Below, in pieces: positions 24,406-34,500 of a stretch of 64,000 nt of DNA. The DNA comes from Yuukianura sp. NJ FZ-2021. Taxonomy: Eukaryota. The DNA lies in assembly GCA_046563655.1 (NCBI GenBank), contig CM102285.1, positions 3,100,001-3,164,000 of the forward strand. Direction: 5' to 3'. Within the stretch, counting starts at the first letter, position 1. Every line of letters starts with the position of its first letter. The translations under genes and the position numbers were made by a program. The notes under the pieces are model-generated. The model was not told the origin of the DNA, searched no databases, and was given only the letters and a program-made list of their open reading frames with translations.

Positions 24406-26934
24406 ATGGGGCCGCCATTGATTAAAATCATTTTATCAAATCAGGATGACGATGTGTATGGAATATTTGACCGGAACGGTTCGGGAGCTGTCGGGCAGCC
24501 GCGGGAGTTCGTACTTTCAGTTGAGTGTGATTATAATCCCAGAACTGGTGGTCTTACGACAAGCGTTTCGCCTCTGGAGTACAAAGGAGTCGAAAATCGG
24601 GTAACCACTAATCATGGCGGGCCAGCGAATTTTATTCACGTATCTTTCCAACGGCTGAGTCAAGCAGGATTTGCTCAAAAGCAATTCAATGCCGAAAAGA
24701 AGATTGAGGAGATACTGACGTCTGGAATAACTGTCCAACATCAAGATGAAATACGCACGTTCATCTTTTGTGGACACAGCAACAGCCAGTTGAAAAGTCG
24801 AAGCTGCTTTTTCTACAAAGCAGAGTGTGCTAACGATGTCACTGGGATCTTAACCGGATTCGGGAACTTTGCTCAAATCAAAACTGTAGAAAAGTATGTC
24901 AAGAGAATCGGACTCTTATTTTCTAAATCAACTGTGGATACACAACTTCAACCAGAGATGACATTGGACATTCCAGACGTTGAAAGAAATGGCCATATTT
25001 TCACTGATGGATGTGGACTCATTTCTACATCATTTGCCAAAACTCTGACCGCGCTAATCGGGAAAGAGAAAAACGATCTTCCAAAGAACTACATTCCAAG
25101 CGTCTTTCAAATTCGATACAAAGGATATAAAGGAATCTTGATGGTGGTCTCCAATGAATTCATCCACGATCAGGCAATCTCAAATCAAAGCCTAATTTCC
25201 AAGATTTGGCGAAGTATTGGCGGTACTGGCAGGATAGTTTTGTTTCGAAACTCGATGAAGAAGTTTGAAGGGTGTCCAGATAATACGTTTGCAGTTTTGG
25301 ATTACTCGAAACCATATTTTGCTGGAGCTCTAAATGCAGAAATTGTTAACTTGCTTTCAAGTAATGGCATTCCAAATGATGTTTTACTCAAGAAACAAGG
25401 GCGGTACTTGAACTATATCCGCAGTGTGGATTACGATAACCGGGAAAGTGTCGTCCAGTTTTTGAAGTTGGTGCGTCGCTACGATCTGGTTGCGAAACTT
25501 GCAGCAGTTGAAGATATACAGTACATTCCTACTTGGATCAAAGGCAAGGTTCAAGAAATGAAACGTCAAGAGTTGTCCAAGTCACTCGATGTCAGTGGAA
25601 TGGCGCGCGTTCATATTCAAATTCCAAATTCCCGCCTTTTGTTAGGCGTTTGCGACGTTTCTGGAAAACTACTCGAGGGGCAATGCTACGTTCGAATTCT
25701 CTCAACAGACTTGACGCATAGCATTCCCATAAGCGGGCAGGTCATAGTGACTAGGAATCCATGTCTTTTCCCCGGAGACATTCAACACTTCATTGCTCAA
25801 GGTAACATTCCAGAATTGGCTCACTTGTCTGACTGCATTGTGTTTAGTACTCAGGGGAAAATGCCGGCAGCATCTACTCTAAGTGGTGGTGACTTGGATG
25901 GAGACAAGTTCTATGTTTCTTGGGATCCTGATTTAATCAAAATGGAATCCAAGGGGGCCCTGGACTACTCTTTATTGGCTCCTCGAACTACTGTTGTTCC
26001 TTCTATCACTTGGGAAATGAGGGTTATGTACTTTGCTCACTATGCAACTTCACTGGGCAACATAATATCACTTTACTGGAAATGGACCAATGCCCGTCCG
26101 ACACAGAGAGCCAACTGCTCCGAGTGCAAACAACTTAGCAAATTGTATGCAAGATGCGTCGATGGTGAGAAAGTCCAAATCCCAAAGGCATTACGCAACC
26201 CGCCGCCCAGCACCAATGATGCTGATATTCTGAAAGTACTGAAACAAAACATCAAGGACATTGTGTTTGGGACGGGAAGAAATTTTCATGACTTTCTTAA
26301 TGCGACTGATGTCATTCCCGAGAGCTTGCCACATGGCGACATTCAAGGCGACGAGCCGTTTCTACAAGATCCTCCTCAACCCGGGAGCAAACGGCAACTT
26401 ATCAACAGAAGTTTAACTGCAATTCGTCAGTTCATATTCACTTTTGGAGTTTGGATGATGCTGCTGTCAATCCCGGGTGTACTATCATGTTATTGGAATT
26501 TGGAGACCATGCGGGAGGTTGGCGGCAGTATACTTTTGGTTGTGGGCGATACAATTGAACAGGTTTTGCTTACGAGGGTAGACGACACAACCATTGGCAG
26601 ATGGATGATACTTTTTGTGGTCATTTGTAGTTGCATTTATGGCCTTGCTATACATGTGACAAAATGGCTGAAGGACTCTGTTAGGGCCTTGGAAATAAGA
26701 ATTCTTGGACATCATTGGAGGCGTGGCTGGATTGGCAAGACGTTCAGATTTGTGAAGAGACTGCTTGTTCAGATTTTCGGCAGAAGAAGGAATTTGGCCA
26801 GATATACCAATGCTCAAGTTGGACAGCGTTTCTACAACTCAGCATCTGTGTATGATGATTTGAACGATTTTATAAACAAATATCAACTACTTCCAATAAT
26901 AACCTTTGCGTTGCTTACCTACCTATTAGGTTAA
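24406..26934 (+). CDS. Cellular RNA-dependent RNA polymerase (RdRP/RDR family), intronless CDS, with hydrophobic C-terminal extension
   Basis: 842-aa ORF with GHSNSQLKSRSC, KRIGLLFS, FTDGCGLIS, PSVFQIRYKGYKG, SRLLLGVCD, VTRNPCLFPGD, and the catalytic SGGDLDGDKFYVSWD (DLDGD at 25891-25905). Confidence 0.95.
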   Translation: MGPPLIKIILSNQDDDVYGIFDRNGSGAVGQPREFVLSVECDYNPRTGGLTTSVSPLEYKGVENRVTTNHGGPANFIHVSFQRLSQAGFAQKQFNAEKKIEEILTSGITVQHQDEIRTFIFCGHSNSQLKSRSCFFYKAECANDVTGILTGFGNFAQIKTVEKYVKRIGLLFSKSTVDTQLQPEMTLDIPDVERNGHIFTDGCGLISTSFAKTLTALIGKEKNDLPKNYIPSVFQIRYKGYKGILMVVSNEFIHDQAISNQSLISKIWRSIGGTGRIVLFRNSMKKFEGCPDNTFAVLDYSKPYFAGALNAEIVNLLSSNGIPNDVLLKKQGRYLNYIRSVDYDNRESVVQFLKLVRRYDLVAKLAAVEDIQYIPTWIKGKVQEMKRQELSKSLDVSGMARVHIQIPNSRLLLGVCDVSGKLLEGQCYVRILSTDLTHSIPISGQVIVTRNPCLFPGDIQHFIAQGNIPELAHLSDCIVFSTQGKMPAASTLSGGDLDGDKFYVSWDPDLIKMESKGALDYSLLAPRTTVVPSITWEMRVMYFAHYATSLGNIISLYWKWTNARPTQRANCSECKQLSKLYARCVDGEKVQIPKALRNPPPSTNDADILKVLKQNIKDIVFGTGRNFHDFLNATDVIPESLPHGDIQGDEPFLQDPPQPGSKRQLINRSLTAIRQFIFTFGVWMMLLSIPGVLSCYWNLETMREVGGSILLVVGDTIEQVLLTRVDDTTIGRWMILFVVICSCIYGLAIHVTKWLKDSVRALEIRILGHHWRRGWIGKTFRFVKRLLVQIFGRRRNLARYTNAQVGQRFYNSASVYDDLNDFINKYQLLPIITFALLTYLLG

Positions 26935-27832
26935 CTCCAGAAAACGGTTTAATGTCCCTCGCAAATTGTTCGTTGGCGGTCGGACGTAAGAAATAATAAT
27001 AGTCAATATTTGGTAAATTACTACTTCAGATATTTGTACATTAATTAGCTATTGACTTAAATAGTAACATCTACTTTACGATAATATACGATACATACGA
27101 TATATTACAAGAATATATTAGAACATATACTATAATATGCACGACATTTGCACTATAATATTTACGACATATACTACATACAATATGAACGACATATTCC
27201 ACAAAATTCACGATATGTATTATCTAGATATAATAGTTATAAATGATCATATCATTGAAAATAGTAACGCATCATAAAAAACTGAAATTATTCTAAAAAA
27301 AAAGATATGGCACACAACTTAAGGCGGCAGTGCCTACTTACGGAAGGAAAATGATAAGCGGCGGTTATGGCATGGCTTCGAGAGGATCTCCCACCGTAAT
27401 TGTCTGTTTGAAATTACAATGTTGTGTACACATTTTTCAAAATTATATTTAAAAAGAAATGTAGATAATAATACACAAAATTTGGTAGTTTTGGGTAGTG
27501 GGTTTCTTCCATCTCGTCATAGTACTACTTGGATGAGTTTTTTTTTCAAACATTCACCAAATTAGATATAATATCTTGAGCGCACAATTTTTTTTATAGC
27601 TTTTCAAAATTTTTGTAGAATACTACAATCAGTCGAAATCTGACTGATAACTTTTTTTTAGATTATTTTTAGTTAAGTTGTAATTAGTTAGGTTGTATTT
27701 GGATTAATCATTAATGAAACCAGGAATATACTTTAATAGAAAGGTACTTTATTAATATATACTTGCAAGTATTTACAAATTGAAAGGTCGAGTCAATCCT
27801 TTCTTACGACAGACGTAAGTTCTACGAAACAA

Positions 27833-28007
27833 GGGAATTTCCCAAGGATTTGTTTTCTCGTCAGCGCATTATAACGACAAATTGTTGCAAGATTGAGATT
27901 GACACATTTCCTTGAATGCGTTAGAAGATTCATTAGAAATGCGTTAATTTCAAACTAAAAGTAAGAATTAGGGAACTCTATGTTGCACGAGTTAAATCAT
28001 ATAAATA
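27833..28007 (+). promoter_or_regulatory. NF-kB-type site and TATA box upstream of the secreted peptide gene
   Basis: GGGAATTTCCC at 27833-27843 and TATAAATA at 28000-28007. Weaker kB-like sites occur at 27971 (GGGAACTCTA) and ~28049 (GGGAAAGTTC). Confidence 0.65.
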
Positions 28008-28093
28008 GTTTGATGCTAGTTGTGCTAGGCATCACTTCTCAATTAACTGGGAAAGTTCGGAGATACTTGTGGAAACTAAAGGTTACAGTCAAA

Positions 28094-28417
28094 ATGAAGT
28101 CGGTGTTGCTTGTTGCATTCGTCTCCTGCTGTCTGCTGGTTTGTTTCCCGGGTCAAAGTTCAGCAATGTGGAAGAACGCTGCAAAGAATCTTGGAAATGC
28201 CGCCAAGAACGTCGGTGACCAAAGTTCTCTTCAAAGTACTCTGCAGAATGGATATGACCAGGCCAAAAATCCACAACAAACTCCACAAACTACTGGAAAG
28301 GTGATGGGCCTACTCGCTCAGCAACGTCAACAATCACAGCAACCGGCACAGTCTTCGTCGCAGGCTCAACCGAAGGGACATTCTATCACAAAATTCCTTG
28401 GAGGAGGTGGGAAGTGA
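28094..28417 (+). CDS. Small secreted Gln-rich peptide (107 aa), candidate immune effector
   Basis: AAAATG start, signal peptide MKSVLLVAFVSCCLLVCFPGQSSA, TATA upstream and AATAAA at 28527. Confidence 0.8.
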   Translation: MKSVLLVAFVSCCLLVCFPGQSSAMWKNAAKNLGNAAKNVGDQSSLQSTLQNGYDQAKNPQQTPQTTGKVMGLLAQQRQQSQQPAQSSSQAQPKGHSITKFLGGGGK

Positions 28418-28833
28418 TTTTGGCGGGAAACTAAACTTAGGTTCAAAATATTTCATGTTCGTATCAAATACGTTGAAATTGGCATTGTACGTTTAACTTT
28501 GAATCAATTGGTTGACGCTTTGAATTAATAAAACATTTTGGAAATTTATCCAGTCAGTAGTATGATGACGACAGTTTATAAAATTTCAGTTTACGTCGGT
28601 TTTCTTAGAACATTTCTTCATTTGAAATGATTTTTGATGAAACTGCGAAATGACTCAAGTTCATGATACTACCACAACCACATCCCCAAGTTTCCAGCGT
28701 TGTCCTGGTTTGCTCAATTTCCTTTCTTCATTTAAGCATTTAACGTTAGTTTCATATATCATTCAACCGAATTTTGCAAGAAAAGGTTTGAAAAAATTAA
28801 CGGTTTGGTTTGTTGAATTAAAGTTTGGAAACA

Positions 28834-29301
28834 ATGGTTAGATTCTACTTTGAACGAATTTCAATATTCTTGATTCTTTTGATTCCACTAACGCTGGGTG
28901 AAAACGCGGGAGGATTCGGATCTTACGGCTCAATTTGCGACCGGGACCAACAGTGCAACACCAACGCTTACTTGATCTGCGACTCTCAGAAGCGGCAGTG
29001 CGAGTGCTTTAGTTCTTACGGAGAAGTATTTGAAGGAGGGAAATGTCGTCATAAGCCCGATGTGAGGTGCGTCATAGCCGAGGATCGCTGCACGGAGCAC
29101 GCGGAGTGCGTGGATGAAGGTGATGGATCTGGACAACGATCGACCAGAGGATCATGCACATGCACCAAGCGATCAGTGTACGATAGACGAGCTGAAAAGT
29201 GTATTAGTGTGGCTACGTCCTCCACAATTTCAAATTTGAAATTCCCACTGTTGCTGCAATTATTCCTCTGCTCAAAACTATTTTTTGTTTTAATTAAATA
29301 A
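28834..29301 (+). CDS. Intronless secreted/GPI-type cysteine-rich protein, paralog of the 1243 gene
   Basis: Signal-like ISIFLILLIPLTLG, C-x5-C-x7-C-x6-C-x-C module plus a second Cys module, and a hydrophobic C-terminus. Confidence 0.8.
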   Translation: MVRFYFERISIFLILLIPLTLGENAGGFGSYGSICDRDQQCNTNAYLICDSQKRQCECFSSYGEVFEGGKCRHKPDVRCVIAEDRCTEHAECVDEGDGSGQRSTRGSCTCTKRSVYDRRAEKCISVATSSTISNLKFPLLLQLFLCSKLFFVLIK

Positions 29302-29515
29302 ACTAAAACGGCGATTAAAGAACAGGCAAATCAAAACTGTTTCAAGTCATATCAAGTTGGCATTTCAAGTCATATTCGGCGGTAGTTCATTGAGTAAAGC
29401 AGTTTAATTAAGTTGGGTCCGATAATCTGAACGTATTATTATGACAAAGGCCATAACGTTAGCAAAAGTAAATAACATAAGTAGTACAAGGGCGCTGGCT
29501 TTCCTGAATTGCGGT

Positions 29516-29857
29516 TTAGGTCATAGTACAGGTATAGGTAAATCCTAAATAACCTCCAAGACATGCACCGGCAACGGCTAGAATGAGCAATATGTAGAAA
29601 TAGCAGCATGGACATCCTCCAGCTCCAGCACTTTGAGTATAGGCGAAACTGCTTCCGGCCCTAACGTTACCAATATTAGATTGGCAGCATGCCGCCATCG
29701 ACCCTTTGGCGATACCACAGCAAGTGAAGCCAAGGATGGTGAGAGCAATCGGAACCAGAATAACCATGGCTATGGCTCCACCGAGCATGCTTAGAATCCA
29801 GATTCCGATTCTTTCAAAAGCCCAACTCCAGTGCCATGGGAGAAACGAACCGGACAT
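29516..29857 (-). CDS. IFI27/IFI6 (ISG12 motif) family small membrane protein
   Basis: LGFTCCGIAKGSMAACCQSNIGNVRAGSSFAYTQSAGAGG matches the ISG12 pattern GFT..GIA.GS.AA...S...G.V.AGS..A..QS.GA.G and is flanked by hydrophobic segments. A probable 5'-UTR intron lies at ~29861-29939. Confidence 0.85.
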   Translation of the reverse strand: MSGSFLPWHWSWAFERIGIWILSMLGGAIAMVILVPIALTILGFTCCGIAKGSMAACCQSNIGNVRAGSSFAYTQSAGAGGCPCCYFYILLILAVAGACLGGYLGFTYTCTMT

Positions 29858-30272
29858 ATCTGGAATGCAAGAAACGAATAGCTCATGAGTTTGATTGCTA
29901 TAACAATATGTTAACTATTTTTAGCGTTTCTTAATTCACCAGCTGAGCGAGTAGCCCGTGTTGCGTGCCAAACACAGAAGCCTTGAAACTACTACAAAAC
30001 GGGCCTACCAGTGGAAATCTTCAATTTCAATTTCATTTCCATTTCAATTTTATTTCATTTCGCGAGTCTAACGTTAACTAATGACTTTGCTAACTTTTAA
30101 CTATCCCACCCACCGGCCAATATATATTGTTGGATAATTAGTGTTTAATGACACTAACTCCCTAGTTAGTGTCATAAACCCTCCATTCCGAAAGGTAAGG
30201 ATTATGCGTACAGGGCAACAGTTATTATTCTGTACTTATGTTTCATATCTTACCAACGTAGCGAACGCATCC

Positions 30273-30420
30273 GGAAACTGTTTCGTTCCAAATCGAAACT
30301 GTTTCATTCCAAACTGAATTCGAAACTGGTCCATTCCAAATCGAAACCGTTTCATTACTAATTGAATTTGAAACCGAAAGTGTCTGGTTCCAAACAGCTA
30401 CCGTTCCATTCCAAACCGCC
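30273..30420. repeat. Degenerate ~21-bp tandem repeat (GAAACTGTTTCATTCCAAATC-like)
   Basis: About six imperfect copies are visible. Confidence 0.7.
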
Positions 30421-30939
30421 GCCATATTAAGTAGATGTAGGGGAGACATTCTTCCGAGAGAGATCTGAAAAATTCAACCAACTTTAGCTGAGAACAGAAT
30501 CCTCGATAGGATCCGATCAGGAAAAGCCGAGGCCGAGCAAAAACAAAATGATACACGTTATTGAAGTGGAACACAGTTTAACTAAGCTTTACAAATAATT
30601 TACTAACCTTTTATTGTATTTGTTCAGTCACGATAATGATCAAATAAAATAACAATAAGAAATGAGACGAAACGGAAGCTGGCACGACACGGAGACGAAT
30701 GGGGGAGGACACTTGAAATAAAGCAATGAACAAACAATAGGTAGTAATTTCGGTTGAGGTAAACTTTAACGACCGTCATTGTAGCGGGAAATTTTAGCCA
30801 CTCCGCGGCTACAATAAGCGGCTATACCCACAGGCACAAGGTATACACCGTGAGGCAAACGTAATGTTGGCGCTTTGTTATGTTTTTATTCTAGCTAAAC
30901 CGGACCTTACGACCTTACCTAATTTGTACCCACTACATA

Positions 30940-31056
30940 CAGGGTGGCCCGGTGAAGTCCTTACCCAAGTGAAAGAAAGAGAAACTCTCACATGAGTTTC
31001 TTATGACAATAGTGAGAGGAAAAGAAAGAGGGTAAGGACTTCACCGGGCCACCCTG
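30940..31056. mobile_element. Tc1/mariner-type MITE (117 bp)
   Basis: Perfect 27-bp TIRs CAGGGTGGCCCGGTGAAGTCCTTACCC, flanked by TA on both sides. Confidence 0.92.
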
Positions 31057-31536
31057 TACAAAATATAATACTATAAAATATCGGCGACCGCAGCTTTGTT
31101 ACATTAGCATTTGCTAAAATTTTACCCCAATCCATATTTATTAACAGAAGACTCTGAGCTTGCAACACATTGTGATTGCTTGGTTTAGAATTAGATGAAT
31201 TATGAATTTAATACTGTCTAAACCGTCCTTTCAATCTGTTATACTGTTTTTTTTTTTTAAATAAAGTAAGAATTCTGCAGTTTGCATTTGAAGGATTCCA
31301 TTTCTCTATTTTTGTTTGAAAAGAATGTATTCACACTTAGAATTTTACAAGTTTTATTGGCGGAACTGAAGTGTATAGCCGGAAAGTAAGTTTTTAAAAC
31401 ATTGGTTACATAATAAAGTTAGCTACAATAGCTGTTCTGTCATCAAGATGAGAAGTTTACATGTTGTGGGGCGTAAAGTCTAAAGATCCCCAAGGAGTGT
31501 GATTGGTAGTGATTTACGATTCAAAGAATTTAGTCA

Positions 31537-34500
31537 TCATTGATCTGCCGCATGTCTTTTTAGCATGATGACTGAACCTGCAGCATGCGAAGGTTGGCTT
31601 GGCGTTGGCGCAGGGTGCGGACCTTGCGCCATTTGTGGCATGATGACAGGAACTGAGCCATACATAGGTTGATTTATGTTCGGTACTGGCGGGGGGATTG
31701 GAGGTCGACCATAAAAAGATTGACCTGGCGCCAATGATGCATTGTCCACTTGCCCGTCTGAACCAATCATTTGGTAACGAATGTTATCTGTGACTGGCCG
31801 CTGTGGACTTGAATTCGGGTTGTACGGTGTCGGTAAAACAAGCGGATCATTCCACATAGGTTGTGGTGGTGGCACACCCTGCTGCATCATATTCATAACG
31901 GGTTGATCCGGTGTAACGGCTTGATCTTTCAAGAAGACGCAGAGAGCGCTGGAGTCTCGCGCCAAAAGTGTTCTAGTTTCTCCGAATTCCTTGACTGCTC
32001 CTTTCTCCATTACAATAATATGAGTGCACGCTCGAATTGTTGCGTTCGAGCTGGTAACGATTAGAGTTGTTCGCTTTTTAAAAACATTGTCCAACGTTGT
32101 CAACAACACCTGTTATATAAATCTTTTTTTTACATTAAAGTTTTGAAACATAACTCAAACTCAGAATTTTTAAGAATTTATGTTCACCTTCTCCTCTTCT
32201 GCATCCAGTAGAGCCATGATGTCTTCAAGTAATAATAGTTGCGGCGGTGACCTGCATACAATATGAGCAAGATTGTCGTATTTCCTTAATTGGAATTGAT
32301 TTAGTACTATTACCGACATTACATCACGTTGATCATAATCATAAGTATACCAGTTTTACCTAATGATTGCCCGAGCAATAGCAATGGCTTGTCTTTGAGT
32401 CGGGTTTAAGTTCTTTCCGTTTTCTCCACACTTCGTATTGAAGCCCTAAATTTCATACGATTTAAGCGTTGAAATTAAACCAATGATGTGATGTTGGATT
32501 TAGTTTTTATACGCTTTATCATTTTAGAAAAGAAGTTAGAAAATGTGCTTACTTCTGGTAGTTCGTCAATGAATTTCTTTAAATTCGCATCTGTCGCAGC
32601 ACGTTGAATTAAATCATGCAAACCCGTCATGTCGCCATGGTAGCCAAATTTAATGTTATCGTCTACGGTGATGTCAAACAATTTTGGTTCAGATGGAACA
32701 TAGCCAATGTTGCTTCTGAGATGTTTTATACTCCAATCCCGTACATCAATGCCATCTACTTTCTAATAGCAGAAAGTTTACATTGCAAAGCTTGCTTCTG
32801 GCATAATTTAAATTCCGATTTTTAACGACGACTCAATTTATGTTCTTACCACCCAACCAGTTTGAGCATCGCAGAATCGCAGCAATAACGCTAGAATTGT
32901 TGTCTGTCCACTTCCTGGAGGACCCACTGCAAATTAAGTACAATATGAAATGCACATAGCTATGCATAGAATTTATTTATAAAGTACGTGAGACTATTAG
33001 ATTTTACTGGATTTAAGCTTCACTACGTAGCTCACCGATTCCAACTAAGCTTTTTGCGGGGATTCTGAAAGTTGCATTCTTCAGTTCGGTTTCGTCATTA
33101 AGGGGATCCTTAAACCACACGCTTTGGAACTCCACTTCGCCGTTAAACGCTCCTTTACTATGTTTGAAGTCATCTGCTGAATCAGTTAGAGGTTTTAGGT
33201 CAATCAGGCTAAAAATGGCGTCTCCGGAACTTTTAGCCTTGAAAAACTCTGGAATGAAGCTTGTTGCTTGTCCGACGCTTAGGATTCCAAAAGTAAGGAC
33301 GAAGAAAATGCTAGAAACAATGACACAAATGCCAATGAGGTTGCATTGTTGTAAATTTGACGTTCAAAGAGACGTACGAAAACAAGTCAGACACGGCGAG
33401 AATTCCATGTCGAAGCAACTCTGCTCCAACCGAGAACGCAGCTCCAAATATGAAGAACATGAAGCATTCTGAGGTAGCGTACACCAGTGAGTACCATACA
33501 GCTCTATTATAACCGTCGCTAAACATATAATATACTACATATATTTGCATGTACATATAATATACCCAACCTCTGTCTACCTTTTAATATTATATGTATG
33601 TGTAATATATTATTAGTTATGCTAATACGTTAATTAAGTTAAAGTTGTTGAAGGCTTAAACTTACAGAAGCGCAGGGTAGAGAAACTTTTCCGCTTGTAC
33701 ACAACCTGCATATGCGTCACACTTTGTCTGAATGGCCTCAATTCCATTGATTAAAGAAGTGGTAAGCTATGATACACCATAGTAAATACAAATTAAATTC
33801 AAATCAACACTAATTACGTTACGTTATGAACTACGTTACGTAGTTGAATTTATTTTCATTAGAGTAGACACGTTTCGTACCCGTAAGACTTCTAATACTT
33901 TTAGGTTATACGGGGCAAATTATGTATATTACAAATTTTTGTACACTGTTGTGTACAAAAATTTGCATAGCAGTGTGTTATCAGACAAAGCCATAACGTT
34001 AAAACAATAAATATTTTCAGCGACTAAACGCAAATTCTTATTATTACAAATTTGTATGAAGAAATCATAAGCTGTTACTTACATCCACAATTCCTTGTCG
34101 ATTTGCAAATAGTTTAACTTGTGAGCCCTTCAGAACACGAGCAAGTGTGGAGAAGCAAGACACAAGAATTGGAATTGTCAAAAACGCCACAGCAGCAATT
34201 TCCCAACTGAAGAATAGTGTAATCACAAGCCCAGTGATCAACGTCATAATGGCATTCACAGCAGTTGCCAACCGAGGACCCATCGCCTAGAATACAGGAG
34301 TCAAAATATTCTCAACTACGCAGGTATCAAATCTAGTGAAAAATTATAATCATAATTGACAATTTTTTACTAACGTTTTTAATAACAGGTACATCCGAAG
34401 ACAAGCGGGTATACAGACCTCCAGGGGAATTTTCTTTGTTTTCAAACCAGCGTACGTGCTGTTGTAGAATAGAGTTGTAGCTGGCAATGCGTAGGCGTGA

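Noticed and set aside
24406-26934. RdRP as an endogenous RNA-virus polymerase
   Set aside because: It has the DxDGD double-psi-barrel motif of cellular RdRPs, not the viral GDD palm motifs.
27076-27215. Degenerate ACGACATAT-like repeat that might pair with the 23027 array as ends of an element carrying the RdRP
   Set aside because: Similarity to the reverse complement of the left array is weak, and I found no TIR, TSD or transposase.
27980-28093. Longer N-terminus for the secreted peptide given by the ORF track
   Set aside because: It overlaps the TATA box; ATG 28094 gives a proper signal peptide.
30243-30449. 68-aa ORF with WNETVSI repeats
   Set aside because: Explained by the 21-bp tandem repeat; no signal peptide or other gene signals.
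33932-33965. Perfect 15-bp-stem palindrome in an ABCB intron (similar short hairpin at ~58679-58725)
   Set aside because: Short and AT-rich; too small for a miRNA precursor and no other support for function.
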